Source: Verrucomicrobiales bacterium (GTDB taxonomy: Bacteria; Verrucomicrobiota; Verrucomicrobiia; Limisphaerales; F1-12-MAGs170). From it: a stretch of DNA of 58,978 nt. The DNA lies in the NCBI GenBank assembly GCA_005777315.1, contig SXMN01000367.1:1-58978 (forward strand), read 5' to 3'. Made by a program: the position numbers and the translations under genes. The notes below the pieces were generated by a model. The model did no database searches. It was not told the origin of the DNA and saw only the letters and a program-made list of their open reading frames with translations. Positions 34,089-44,191 of the stretch are shown piece by piece (position 1 is the stretch's first letter; each line of letters opens with the position of its first letter).

Positions 34089-35180
34089 ATGGAGTTCATT
34101 GATCTCAAGACACAGTACCGCCGCTATCAAGTGGCCGTTGATGCACGCATTCACAAAGTCCTCGAACATGGACACTACATCATGGGACCCGAGATTGCGG
34201 AGATCGAGACCCAGCTGGCAGCCTACGTCGGTGTTAAGCATGCCATCACCGTGGCCAGCGGAACCGATAGCTTGGAGATCGCTTTGCGAGCCTTGGGGGT
34301 GGGCTTTGGAGACGAAGTAATCACTGTTCCATTCACATGGATCAGCAGTGCGGAAGTCATTTCTCAAGTGGGGGCAAAGCCAGTGTTCGTGGACATTGAA
34401 CCTGCCACTTTCAATCTGGATGTTTCGAAACTCGAGGCCGCCATCACTCCCAGGACCAAGGCTATCATCCCGGTGAGTTTGTTCGGACAGATGCCGGACC
34501 TCCACGCGATCAACGCCACTGCCGCTCGTCACGGGATACCCGTCATCGAGGATGGAGCGCAAAGCTTCGGTGCCACTCAGAAAGGGAGGCGGAGTTGCGG
34601 CGCCACCTTGATCGGCAGTACCAGTTTCTTCCCTGCCAAGCCTTTCGGCTGCTACGGCGATGGTGGCGCCTTGTTTACTCAGGATGATCGACTTGCCGAT
34701 GCCATGCGGGCCATCAGAACTCACGGAGGCGTGAAACGCCACCACCACACTCTCGTGGGCATGAATGGGCGCTTTGATACAATCCAAGCTGCTGTGCTTC
34801 TGGCTAAATTCCCACACTTCGAATGGGAGGTGAATGAACGTCAGCGAATCGGGGCTCGCTACTCTGAATTGCTCCGTGGCGTATGTGTCGTGCCCGAGGT
34901 GGTGTCGGGCAATACTCATGTTTACGCTCAGTATACCGTACGAGTACCTAACCATGACGCAATCACGGATCGACTAAAGTCACATCTGATCCCCACAGGC
35001 ATATACTATCCCAAGTGCCTTCACGAACAACCGGTGTTTGCTTCGTTGGGTTATGTTTTTGGGGATTTTCCGGAGTCTGAGAAAGCTTCGCGAGAAGTGA
35101 TTAGCCTCCCAATGCACCCTTTTCTGAACCATGCGGATCAGGACCAGATCGTCGCTGCCTTGAAGGCTTCGCTCAACTGA
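34089..35180 (+). CDS. wbpE: UDP-2-acetamido-2-deoxy-3-oxo-glucuronate aminotransferase (WbpE/WlbC type, DegT family)
   Basis: Matches my recall of WbpE closely from MEFIDLKTQY... through SFFPAKPFGCYGDGGALFT and VYAQYTVRV. Start placed at ATG 34089 inside track ORF 34026-35180. Confidence 0.9.
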   Translation: MEFIDLKTQYRRYQVAVDARIHKVLEHGHYIMGPEIAEIETQLAAYVGVKHAITVASGTDSLEIALRALGVGFGDEVITVPFTWISSAEVISQVGAKPVFVDIEPATFNLDVSKLEAAITPRTKAIIPVSLFGQMPDLHAINATAARHGIPVIEDGAQSFGATQKGRRSCGATLIGSTSFFPAKPFGCYGDGGALFTQDDRLADAMRAIRTHGGVKRHHHTLVGMNGRFDTIQAAVLLAKFPHFEWEVNERQRIGARYSELLRGVCVVPEVVSGNTHVYAQYTVRVPNHDAITDRLKSHLIPTGIYYPKCLHEQPVFASLGYVFGDFPESEKASREVISLPMHPFLNHADQDQIVAALKASLN

Positions 35181-35228
35181 CGGCGGCTTGGCCTCTTTAC
35201 AAGCATCAAGAACCATTCACTATTTCAC

Positions 35229-36863
35229 ATGTCATTTACACGTGATGTTGCTCTCATTGGCGCGGGCTACTGGGGCAAGAATCTAGCCCGCAGCTTCAAT
35301 GCTCTTGGTGCGCTTCATACCATTTGCGACCTCGATCCAAGAACTCTGGCCGGTTACTCAGATGGCTACGAGCGTGTTCTCAAAACTTCGGATGTCGAGT
35401 CCCCATTCAAGAACGCTGAGATCAAGAAGATTGCAATTGTAGCTCCTGCGGCACTCCATTACCAGCTTGCAAAGACTGCATTGTCGCATGGCAAAGATGT
35501 ATTGGTGGAGAAGCCTCTCTGTTTGAACGAAACTGAAGGTGAAGAACTCGTCGATCTCGGCAGTAAGACCGGACAAGTCTTGATGGTTGGTCATCTCCTG
35601 CAGTACCATCCGCATATCCAGAAGCTGCAGTCTTTGGTAGGCAGTGGAGAACTAGGCAGGCTTTACTACATCACCTCCAACCGCCTGAACCTCGGTAAGA
35701 TTCGACAGGAGGAAAATGCCCTTTGGAGTTTTGCACCCCATGACATTTCTGTGATTCTTTCACTGGTCGCTAATCAGCTTCCAGACGGCATCCAATGCTC
35801 CGGCCAGGCGTACCTTTCACATGGCGTTGCAGACATGACTCTCACAACCCTCCGGTTCAGCGGAGGAGTACGTGCGCACGTTTATGTGAACTGGCTGAAC
35901 CCCTTCAAGGAGCAGAAACTGGCTGTTGTGGGTTCAAACGGCATGGCTGTTTTCGATGACGGAAAGCCTTGGGGTGAGAAACTGGTTCTCTACCGCCAGC
36001 ACCTCACCTGGACCGACGGACGAACTCCCACACCCAGCAAAGCCGCTGGGGAGGCCATTCAAGTGCCTGAGTCCGAGCCTCTGCGAAACGAGTGCGTTCA
36101 CTTCCTCGAATGCTGCAACGATCGTCGCCCGCCTCGGACGGATGCATCCGAAGGATTGCGAGTACTGCGTGTTCTTGCAGCCGCCCAGCGGAGCATGAGC
36201 AAAGACGGAGCGGTCGAACGCGTGAGCTGTCCGGAGCCTGCGCAATCCTACTATGCCCATCCGACAGCAGTGATTGACGAAGGTGCGGTGATTGGAAAAG
36301 GAACAAAGATTTGGCATTTCAGTCACGTTATGAAGGGGGCAGAACTCGGGGAAGAGTGCAATCTTGGGCAAAACGTGGTCATCAGCCCAAGGGTCAAGCT
36401 TGGCCGCAATGTCAAGGTACAGAACAATGTCAGCATTTACACGGGCGTGACCTGTGAGGATGATGTCTTCTTGGGGCCGTCCTGCGTGCTGACCAACATC
36501 AGCAATCCGAGGTCGGAGGTGAGGCGCCAACATCTTTATGAGAAGACCGTGATCAAGAAGGGAGCCACAATAGGGGCAAATGCAACCATCGTCTGTGGTG
36601 TCACTTTAGGGCGATATTGCTTCATCGCGGCTGGGGCGGTGATAACGAAGGATGTTCCGGACTACGCTATGATGGTTGGCGTGCCAGCGCGACAGAAGGG
36701 GTGGATGAGTCGGCATGGCCATCGGCTAATGCCCAGCTCTGATGGGAACCTAGTCTGTCCAGAAAGTGGGCTTCGATATCATGAAGAAGGACCAGACCGC
36801 CTAGTGTGTTTGGCCTTGCCCGAGGACGCGCCTCTGACTACGCACCCGGGTTTGGATGTGTAA
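35229..36863 (+). CDS. fusion protein: Gfo/Idh/MocA oxidoreductase (WbpB/WlbA-like) + left-handed beta-helix N-acetyltransferase (WbpD/WlbB-like)
   Basis: 544 aa. N-terminal IGAGYWGKN...VEKPL. The C-terminal ~200 aa ([22 protein letters not shown]...[19 protein letters not shown]...[13 protein letters not shown]) match WbpD/WlbB by recall. Domain junction at about 36230-36250. Confidence 0.85.
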   Translation: MSFTRDVALIGAGYWGKNLARSFNALGALHTICDLDPRTLAGYSDGYERVLKTSDVESPFKNAEIKKIAIVAPAALHYQLAKTALSHGKDVLVEKPLCLNETEGEELVDLGSKTGQVLMVGHLLQYHPHIQKLQSLVGSGELGRLYYITSNRLNLGKIRQEENALWSFAPHDISVILSLVANQLPDGIQCSGQAYLSHGVADMTLTTLRFSGGVRAHVYVNWLNPFKEQKLAVVGSNGMAVFDDGKPWGEKLVLYRQHLTWTDGRTPTPSKAAGEAIQVPESEPLRNECVHFLECCNDRRPPRTDASEGLRVLRVLAAAQRSMSKDGAVERVSCPEPAQSYYAHPTAVIDEGAVIGKGTKIWHFSHVMKGAELGEECNLGQNVVISPRVKLGRNVKVQNNVSIYTGVTCEDDVFLGPSCVLTNISNPRSEVRRQHLYEKTVIKKGATIGANATIVCGVTLGRYCFIAAGAVITKDVPDYAMMVGVPARQKGWMSRHGHRLMPSSDGNLVCPESGLRYHEEGPDRLVCLALPEDAPLTTHPGLDV

Positions 36864-36950
36864 GGGCTGCGTGAGGGGCACTGGGGTTGTAAGACCCTGA
36901 TTAAGTGCTCAGTCCGGTTCTGAATTTTCTGGAAGCTAATAAATAGCCAC

Positions 36951-38291
36951 TTGCGCCCCCAGATCACATCGTTGCCTGTGATCACCAAGACACTGGCACC
37001 TTCAAAGTGCGGGGTTGTTCATCATGCCTTACGACTCTTCGGATCGAACGCTCTCAGTCACCTTCTTTTTCTGGCCACATCCCCGCTTCTGGTCCGGCTT
37101 TACTCAGGAGCGCAGTTCGGCACTTTTGCAGTCTTCAATTCCTATATTGGCATCGTCGCGGGGATTGTTTGTCTCCGCTATGACGCAGCCTTGGTAGGTG
37201 CGGCATCCACCGGCCAACTAATACGTCTATCTGCACTCTCCGTCATGTGTGCACTGGCCAGTTCGCTGGCCAGCAGCCTAATCCTGCTGGGCTTCATCCA
37301 AGCTGGCACACTTTCCTTCGCACAATTGCCTCATTCCGCTGCGCTCCTCGCTGGCTTCTACTTGTTCTTCTTTGGCATCAGTTTGGTGCTCCGTGGCACG
37401 CTTCTACGTGCGGGTGATTTCGGTACTTTAAGCCGCCTCACTTTTTTCCAGGCATCGTGCCGAAGTGCGGTAGCTCTTGTTTCCGGGGTTGCCGGGATCG
37501 GATGGATCGGACTAGGCCTGGGCGAGATCGCGGGAAAAGTTGCGGGCAATGGGGCACGGCCATTCGAGGCAAGACTAATAGGCAGACTGTTGACCACCCC
37601 GAAACGGTTTAGGCTAATCTGGAAGACAGCAAAGCAATTTAAGGTTTATCCCCTCGCAGCGACCTTATCTCAATTAATCGATGCAGGTTCTTCGGGGCTG
37701 CCAGTTATTCTAGTTGCAACATTATTCTCCCCAGCGGAGGCGGGGATCCTGTTTCTGTTGAACAGGACTGTCACAGCGCCAATCACGGTGTTGGCTGGCT
37801 GCATAGCTGATCCGCTGCAAAAGCACCTACAGGACATATCCGCGAGCGCGCCGCGAGAACTAAATGAGGCTTTCCGAACTCATGCACGAAAACTTTTTTT
37901 CTTTAGTACAACTGGAGCATTTCTTACTGCATTGCTTCTTACTCCCACGCTGCAGCGCATCTGGGGGCGTGAATATGCGGAGGTTGGCTATCTAGCCAAT
38001 CTGGCGCTTCCTGCGATATGGGCTGCGGCAATTGTCGCGCCGCTCAGCCGGGTTCTCATAATTCTCAACCGCCCACAATTGAAATTGCTGTACGATTTGA
38101 CCAGCCTAACGCTGACCTGCGGTTGCTTCTACGCCGCCCAACGCTTTGGAATGGGCTTCCACTCAACAATAATGCTTCTCAGTTGGCTGAACCTTGCCGC
38201 ATACGTGCTCTATTTCTCCCTGTGCTGGCACGCAATTCAATCACTTAAATCAGTCAATACCAGATCATGTGTGGAATCGCAGGCATCGTAG
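36951..38291 (+). CDS. Wzx-like polysaccharide flippase (MOP superfamily)
   Basis: 446-aa polytopic ORF. N-terminal LVRLYSGAQFGTFAVF...LRYDAAL pattern of O-unit flippases. TTG start is uncertain. Confidence 0.75.
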   Translation: MRPQITSLPVITKTLAPSKCGVVHHALRLFGSNALSHLLFLATSPLLVRLYSGAQFGTFAVFNSYIGIVAGIVCLRYDAALVGAASTGQLIRLSALSVMCALASSLASSLILLGFIQAGTLSFAQLPHSAALLAGFYLFFFGISLVLRGTLLRAGDFGTLSRLTFFQASCRSAVALVSGVAGIGWIGLGLGEIAGKVAGNGARPFEARLIGRLLTTPKRFRLIWKTAKQFKVYPLAATLSQLIDAGSSGLPVILVATLFSPAEAGILFLLNRTVTAPITVLAGCIADPLQKHLQDISASAPRELNEAFRTHARKLFFFSTTGAFLTALLLTPTLQRIWGREYAEVGYLANLALPAIWAAAIVAPLSRVLIILNRPQLKLLYDLTSLTLTCGCFYAAQRFGMGFHSTIMLLSWLNLAAYVLYFSLCWHAIQSLKSVNTRSCVESQAS

Positions 38292-40195
38292 GCCTCTGGA
38301 ATGGGAGTTCCTCACCCCAATTGCTTGAGGGAATGCGGAAAGTTCTCAAACACAGGGGACCCGATGACTTTGGTTACCTCTTGTGCTGCAACCAACATGC
38401 CACAGTCGGTCGCACACTGGAGCTTGGAACTTCCTACGACTTGGCTTGCGCACACCTTCGGTTGTCCATACTGGATTTGAGCCCAGCGGGCTGGCAGCCA
38501 ATGTGTACTCAAGACGGTCGATATGCCCTACTTTTCAATGGGGAAATCTACAACTACCTCGAGCTCAGAAAGGAATTGGAGGCCGAGCAGATCGAGTTTC
38601 ACACGCATTCGGACACCGAGGTGTTGCTTCAGGCCCTAGTCCTTTGGGGGGATGGTGCATTTCAGAAGCTGGTCGGTATGTTCGCGCTTGCTTTTGTCAA
38701 TACTGTTCAAAACACTCTTTTACTGGCGCGTGATTTTTACGGAATCAAGCCCCTTTACTTTTCAAAATGTGGGAGTTCCCTTGCCTTTGCTTCAGAGATT
38801 AAGGCTATCCTTACTTTGCCTGGCCGCGCATGGATCGCCAATCCCGAAACTTTGTTCAAGTATCTTCGCTGGGGCAGAACTTCCAATGGTCGAGAGACGA
38901 TGGTCACGGGCATCGAACAACTCAATCCCGGAACCTGCATGACCGTGCATCTTGGAAATGGACTTATCACCGAGCCTCGATCCTACTGGCTACCGCAACC
39001 AAGATTGGCTGAGAGTATTCCATTCGAGGATGCGGTCCAGACTACTCGCGACCTCCTCCTGGATAGTGTACGCATCCACTTGCGAAGCGATGTACGGATT
39101 GGAGCCGCCCTCTCCGGAGGAGTTGACTCCTCCGGAATAGTAGGGATGATTTCGGCGCTCCAGCCAGACGTAGAACTGCGAACGTTTAGCTTCATCGCGA
39201 GGGGAACACGCTTTAGCGAGGAGCGATGGATTGACGAGGTCACACGAGGGCGCCGAATCCTGAGCTACAAGATCTGTCCTTCCCTTCCCGAACTACAGAC
39301 GGCCGTCGAGAATTCTCTGGAGGCGCAAGATGAGCCGTTTAGCAGCATGAGCGTCATCGCACAGAACCTTGTTTTTAGAAAAGCTGCGTGCGAAGGAGTC
39401 AAAGTCATGCTTGATGGGCAGGGAGCCGATGAGATTTTCGGCGGTTATGACCTTTACCGTGGCGTCCGGCTGGCTCAACTTTTACGGAGTGGGGATTTTG
39501 CCGGTTCACTCCGTTTCCTTAGTTCAGCTTCAGAATACCCAGACAGCCCGCCCCTCCGTCTGCTCAGTTGGACCGGTGAATTTTTGCTACCGGACAAGGC
39601 CAAGGTTTTGTTCCGCAAGTTAAGTGGAAAGGGCCTCGTTCCCTCATGGATGAACTCGTTCTGGTTCAATCAAAATGGTGTTAAGATTTGCTCGCCCCGA
39701 TCTATGCGGCCTGGTATGCGATTGCAGGAACTGTTGCATGACGAGTTGTTTGGGATGATGCTTGGCGACCTGTTGCGCTACGAAGACAGGAACTCCATGT
39801 TCTACTCGATTGAGAGCCGTGTGCCCTTTCTTAATCCTCAGATCACGAACTTTATCTCTAGACTACCAGATTCATACCTGATGTCGCCTGAGGGCGAAAC
39901 CAAGAATGTGCTGCGTCATGCACTAAAGCCGTTCGTTCCGAGCAGTGTTTTGGAACGTCGGGAAAAGTTTGGCTTTGAAGCTCCACAGTCGGATTGGCTT
40001 CGCGCCCTGCTACCTGACATTCAGGAAACTCTCCAAGAATTTGGGTGGCAGGACTTGCCGTTTCTCGCGGGGGGAAAAACTGTGTATCGGGCGTTAGTCA
40101 GCCACGAGAACTCGCTGTCTGTCATGGAGCAAACATGGTGGCGTTGGTATAATTTGGCCCGATGGAGCAGACGACATCACGTTTCACTCTGTTGA
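38267..40195 (+). CDS. asparagine synthase (glutamine-hydrolysing) family amidotransferase (WbpS-like role plausible)
   Basis: 642 aa. N-terminal MCGIAG (Ntn Cys2) and PP-loop SGGVDSS. Confidence 0.9.
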   Translation: MCGIAGIVGLWNGSSSPQLLEGMRKVLKHRGPDDFGYLLCCNQHATVGRTLELGTSYDLACAHLRLSILDLSPAGWQPMCTQDGRYALLFNGEIYNYLELRKELEAEQIEFHTHSDTEVLLQALVLWGDGAFQKLVGMFALAFVNTVQNTLLLARDFYGIKPLYFSKCGSSLAFASEIKAILTLPGRAWIANPETLFKYLRWGRTSNGRETMVTGIEQLNPGTCMTVHLGNGLITEPRSYWLPQPRLAESIPFEDAVQTTRDLLLDSVRIHLRSDVRIGAALSGGVDSSGIVGMISALQPDVELRTFSFIARGTRFSEERWIDEVTRGRRILSYKICPSLPELQTAVENSLEAQDEPFSSMSVIAQNLVFRKAACEGVKVMLDGQGADEIFGGYDLYRGVRLAQLLRSGDFAGSLRFLSSASEYPDSPPLRLLSWTGEFLLPDKAKVLFRKLSGKGLVPSWMNSFWFNQNGVKICSPRSMRPGMRLQELLHDELFGMMLGDLLRYEDRNSMFYSIESRVPFLNPQITNFISRLPDSYLMSPEGETKNVLRHALKPFVPSSVLERREKFGFEAPQSDWLRALLPDIQETLQEFGWQDLPFLAGGKTVYRALVSHENSLSVMEQTWWRWYNLARWSRRHHVSLC

Positions 40196-40305
40196 TTACC
40201 TACCGATGAAGCCCGCACTACCCCGCTACATCTGCCGGCGGAATCGCAACCCTTCCTACTCCCTACACCAAGAACTTGCCGGGGCCAGTAACTTTATTTG
40301 CAAAA

Positions 40306-40929
40306 ATGATTGGGATCATTGATTACGGCCTTGGCAACCCTGGCTCAGTCGCAAACGCATTCCAGCGACTTCACATTCCTACAGGTATTTGCCGTGAGCC
40401 CGCGGAACTTCGCAAGTTTCGGTCGCTCATCCTTCCTGGTGTTGGGGCGTTTGATGCCGGGATGCAGAAATTGGCGGACAAGGGCTGGCTGGGACCGCTG
40501 AACAAGGCTGTTTTGGAACAAGGCAAGCCGTTTCTAGGAATTTGTTTGGGGATGCAAATGCTTGGAACTCGCAGTGAAGAAGGATCTCTGCCTGGCTTAG
40601 GATGGCTCGATGCAGTATCGTGTAGGATTCCAAGCGGAGATCAACCTTTAGAAAAGCCGCTGCGTCTACCTCATATGGGATGGAACGAGGTGCAGATCAC
40701 ACGTCTCAATCCGGTACTCGCCCTGGATGAACCCGACCATCGCTTCTATTTCGTTCATAGCTATCACCTCAAGTGTCTTCACTCTGAGAACGCCATCGGA
40801 AAAACATGCTACGGCATCGAATTTGACTCTGCTGTCCAAAGAGATCACATCTTCGGAACACAATTTCATCCCGAAAAAAGCCACAAGTATGGCTTACGGT
40901 TGTTGGCGAGTTTTGCCAAAATCGAATGA
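40306..40929 (+). CDS. hisH: imidazole glycerol phosphate synthase HisH-like glutaminase subunit (glycan-locus paralog, WbuY/HisH2 type)
   Basis: MIGIIDYGLGNPGSV..., GICLGMQ catalytic Cys, FHPEKS. Start placed at ATG 40306 inside the track ORF. Confidence 0.9.
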   Translation: MIGIIDYGLGNPGSVANAFQRLHIPTGICREPAELRKFRSLILPGVGAFDAGMQKLADKGWLGPLNKAVLEQGKPFLGICLGMQMLGTRSEEGSLPGLGWLDAVSCRIPSGDQPLEKPLRLPHMGWNEVQITRLNPVLALDEPDHRFYFVHSYHLKCLHSENAIGKTCYGIEFDSAVQRDHIFGTQFHPEKSHKYGLRLLASFAKIE

Positions 40930-41699
40930 ATGCGGTGCGCCTAATTCCCTGCCTCCTTCTCCAAGGAGAAAGATTGGTCAAGACGATCAAATTCAAATCA
41001 CCAACATATATCGGCGATCCGCGGAATGCTGTCCGGATATTCAACGACAAAGAGGCCGATGAGCTGGTGCTTCTTGATATTGATGCATCACGACACCGCA
41101 AGCAGCCGGACCCTGGTCTAATCTCGGAAATCATCAGCGAGGCATTCATGCCGGTGGCATTCGGCGGCTTCATCACAGACGTTGCCACGGCTCGGACATA
41201 TTTCAAAGTCGGGATGGAAAAGCTCGTTCTTAACTCCGCAATCGCCGACAATCATGAATTAGTGACTGAACTTGCGAAGGAGTTTGGTAGCCAGAGTATA
41301 ATGGCAAGTATCGATGCAAAACGCTCCTTGTTCGGATCCTACGCTGTTTTCACTCGAGGAGGCACTCAAAGGACCACTTGGACACCTGCTGATTTAGCTC
41401 GAAAGTATGAGGAAGCCGGAGCCGGGGAAATTCTAATAAACTCAATTGATCGCGATGGAACCCTGAGCGGATATGATCTCGAATTGGTAAAGGCCGTGAC
41501 CTCTAGCGTCACTATCCCGGTAATTTCATGCGGTGGAGCCAGGGGGGTGCAAGATTTTGAAACCGTCATCAGGGACGCGGGTGCCTCAGCCGCCTCAGCG
41601 GGAAGCTGTTTCGTGTTCCAAGGAAAACATCGTGCTGTCCTGATTTCATTCCCTACAGTGGCTGAACGTAAGCAATTGGCTTCCCGATGTCATCTCTAA
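40926..41699 (+). CDS. hisF: HisF-like cyclase subunit (glycan-locus paralog, WbuZ/HisF2 type)
   Basis: 257 aa. RLIPCLLLQGERLVKT...GDP...ADELVLLDIDAS. 4-nt overlap with hisH. Confidence 0.9.
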   Translation: MNAVRLIPCLLLQGERLVKTIKFKSPTYIGDPRNAVRIFNDKEADELVLLDIDASRHRKQPDPGLISEIISEAFMPVAFGGFITDVATARTYFKVGMEKLVLNSAIADNHELVTELAKEFGSQSIMASIDAKRSLFGSYAVFTRGGTQRTTWTPADLARKYEEAGAGEILINSIDRDGTLSGYDLELVKAVTSSVTIPVISCGGARGVQDFETVIRDAGASAASAGSCFVFQGKHRAVLISFPTVAERKQLASRCHL

Positions 41700-43072
41700 C
41701 GACTACCAAGACTCAGTTAGTCGAATCATCAGTGGTCGGCGGTTCAAGAATGAACAAAATAGTCATTGTCAAGAGGGAGTCGTCAATCGGCCAGCGTCAA
41801 ACAGTCCTTTTGTTCGGTTTCGCGTTCTTTTGGCTTCTGGATACTTTTTACGTCACGATTTTACTGCCCGTTTATGGCAGCTACTTTGTTGACTTAGACG
41901 TTTCGCTGGCTAAAAAGCTAACTCTTTCCGTTCTGGCAGCACTTCCCGCGCTCTGGCTCCCACTTAGAATTGATCGACCTTCCAAATTTGCGCTCTGGGG
42001 ATTCTATTTCGTGATGTATGTTCCAGTTTCAGCAGTATTTCCCTACATGTTAAACGAGCCGTTTCCAAAAATTGTGGCTTGGATATGCGCTTATGCATGT
42101 TGCATGGCCACGCTCCAGTTTCTATGCAGCAGTCCTCCATTCAAAATCCCTAGAGCTCACCTCGCCGGGCCAGCATATTGGTCAATCTTGTTGTTTCTTT
42201 TGAGTGCGGCCGTGATAGCTATCGGCTTGCAGGTAGGCTTCCGCTGGGAGTTTACGGCGTTCTCGGACGTGTATGAACTGCGCGACATGGCTTCGACACA
42301 GCATAACAGACTTTCAAGCTACCTATACGGCTTGCTTGCAAATGGTCTCAATACCGTCGTTGTCATCCGCGCAATCCAGTCTCGCAATATTTTCTGGATT
42401 GCGGTTTCGTTTGGGAGCTCTGTTTTTGCGTATTCGATCGAGGGAGGGAAGCACTCTCTTTTCTTGCCCATTCTCGCGTTTGTAGCCTACGTATTACTTT
42501 CAAGAAAACATCGCTATCACTCCGTACTTATTGCCTTCTTCTTTCTCGCCTCAAGCTTCATCGCATTCATTGCCGAGTCATTGTGGGAAGGCAAATTCAA
42601 TTTTTCTCTCTTCCTACTCAGACGCGTCTTCATCATCCCAGCCTCAGTTTCGGCTAAATACATTGAGTTTTTCAGTGAAAACCCTTTTACGTATATGGGT
42701 GATGGCTTACTACGCTACTTCGTGAAATACCCCTATGAAGTTAGCACCCCAGAACTCATCGCTAATAATTACTTTGGAGTTGGTTCATCAGCTAACACCG
42801 GTTATATCGCCTCTAGTTTCAGTCAATTTGGTTTTCTTGGAATCATTTTGTCCACCCTTATAGTGGGGTTTCTGCTTAGAACGCTAGACTCCGTTTGCAA
42901 AGGTCTCGAGACCAAACTGGGTGCCGCTTTCTCATCAGTAATGATTTTGGTGCTGTCCAACACTCAGGTCACGGTTGGCTTACTTACTCACGGGGTTGGA
43001 CTGATGTTAATCCTCGCTTATGCTTATCCAAGAGAACGCCGCCCGGCTAGCGATATTAGCCAGCTATCATGA
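41687..43072 (+). CDS. O-antigen/EPS repeat-unit polymerase-like membrane protein (Wzy-like)
   Basis: 461-aa, very hydrophobic, AT-richer ORF with at least 10 predicted TM segments. No conserved motif recognised; call rests on context. Alternative start at 41750. Confidence 0.55.
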   Translation: MSSLTTTKTQLVESSVVGGSRMNKIVIVKRESSIGQRQTVLLFGFAFFWLLDTFYVTILLPVYGSYFVDLDVSLAKKLTLSVLAALPALWLPLRIDRPSKFALWGFYFVMYVPVSAVFPYMLNEPFPKIVAWICAYACCMATLQFLCSSPPFKIPRAHLAGPAYWSILLFLLSAAVIAIGLQVGFRWEFTAFSDVYELRDMASTQHNRLSSYLYGLLANGLNTVVVIRAIQSRNIFWIAVSFGSSVFAYSIEGGKHSLFLPILAFVAYVLLSRKHRYHSVLIAFFFLASSFIAFIAESLWEGKFNFSLFLLRRVFIIPASVSAKYIEFFSENPFTYMGDGLLRYFVKYPYEVSTPELIANNYFGVGSSANTGYIASSFSQFGFLGIILSTLIVGFLLRTLDSVCKGLETKLGAAFSSVMILVLSNTQVTVGLLTHGVGLMLILAYAYPRERRPASDISQLS

Positions 43073-44151
43073 AAATTCTTACCGTAGTTGGCGCCAGACC
43101 GCAGTTCATCAAGGCAGCACCAGTCAGCGAGGTCTTAATTCAAGCTGGAATTGAGGAGCATCTTCTTCATACAGGGCAGCATTACGACACCAATATGTCC
43201 GATGTGTTTTTCAAGGAACTCGGCCTGCGGCTGCCCAATATAAATTTGGCGGTTGGTTCTGGATCTCATGCTCAACAAACTGCAATGATGCTCGTGGGGG
43301 TTGAGAAGGCGCTTATTGAGCAAAGGCCTGATTGGTTGTTGGTTTACGGAGACACAAACTCGACATTGGCCGGTGTGGTTGCAGCTTCGAAACTGAACGT
43401 GCCTGTAGCCCATGTTGAGGCAGGACTCCGTTCGTTCAACCGGCGAATGCCAGAAGAGATCAACCGAATTGTCGCGGATGCTTTGGCAACACTCTTGTTT
43501 ACCCCCACTGAAACAGCTTCCAACAATCTGTTTCGAGAAGGGATTCCTTCCGAACGTGTTGTTCAAACCGGTGATGTCATGCTGGACGCCTGCTTGATGT
43601 TTCGAGACAGGGCGTTCAAGCAGTCGAAAGTGCTATCTCAGTTCGCCTTGCCTGAGAAGGGATATATCTTGGCTACGATCCATCGAGCCGAGAACACAGA
43701 CGATAATGTGAAGTTAAGTGCTATCGCCAGCGGACTCGATCAAGTTGCTTCGCAAGTCCCAGTTCTGCTCCCTCTTCATCCCAGAACTCGCCATCGACTT
43801 TCCGCTTTGAGGATGGGGGAATTCAAGAACCTCCGTATTGTCGAACCACTTGGGTTTCTAGATATGTTACGAGCCGAAGCCGGGGCTGCGCTCATAGTAA
43901 CCGACTCTGGTGGGGTTCAAAAGGAAGCATTCTTCCACAAAGTGCCATGCATCACCCTTCGAGAGGAAACCGAATGGATAGAACTAATCGAGCTGGGTTG
44001 GAACACGCTATGCGATCCCATAAGCAGCGAAATCATTGTGCAGACGGTATTGTCGAAGCTAGGTACGGTCGGTTCGGAGGCGTTCCCCTATGGGAGCGGC
44101 AATGCCGCTGAAATAATCGTGAAAGCGCTTGCTGGCTCAACAGGCGCTTGA
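43069..44151 (+). CDS. wecB: UDP-N-acetylglucosamine 2-epimerase, non-hydrolysing (WecB/WbpI type)
   Basis: 360 aa. MKILTVVGARPQFIKAAPV...HTGQHYD...GDTNSTLAG...HVEAGLRSFN signature. Confidence 0.9.
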   Translation: MKILTVVGARPQFIKAAPVSEVLIQAGIEEHLLHTGQHYDTNMSDVFFKELGLRLPNINLAVGSGSHAQQTAMMLVGVEKALIEQRPDWLLVYGDTNSTLAGVVAASKLNVPVAHVEAGLRSFNRRMPEEINRIVADALATLLFTPTETASNNLFREGIPSERVVQTGDVMLDACLMFRDRAFKQSKVLSQFALPEKGYILATIHRAENTDDNVKLSAIASGLDQVASQVPVLLPLHPRTRHRLSALRMGEFKNLRIVEPLGFLDMLRAEAGAALIVTDSGGVQKEAFFHKVPCITLREETEWIELIELGWNTLCDPISSEIIVQTVLSKLGTVGSEAFPYGSGNAAEIIVKALAGSTGA

Positions 44152-44191
44152 TTCGTTTTCGATCTTCAGCGTCTCGTGAGCATTTAATGAT

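Noticed and set aside
33993-34955. 320-aa minus-strand ORF
   Set aside because: Antisense to wbpE, whose frame matches recalled WbpE along its full length.
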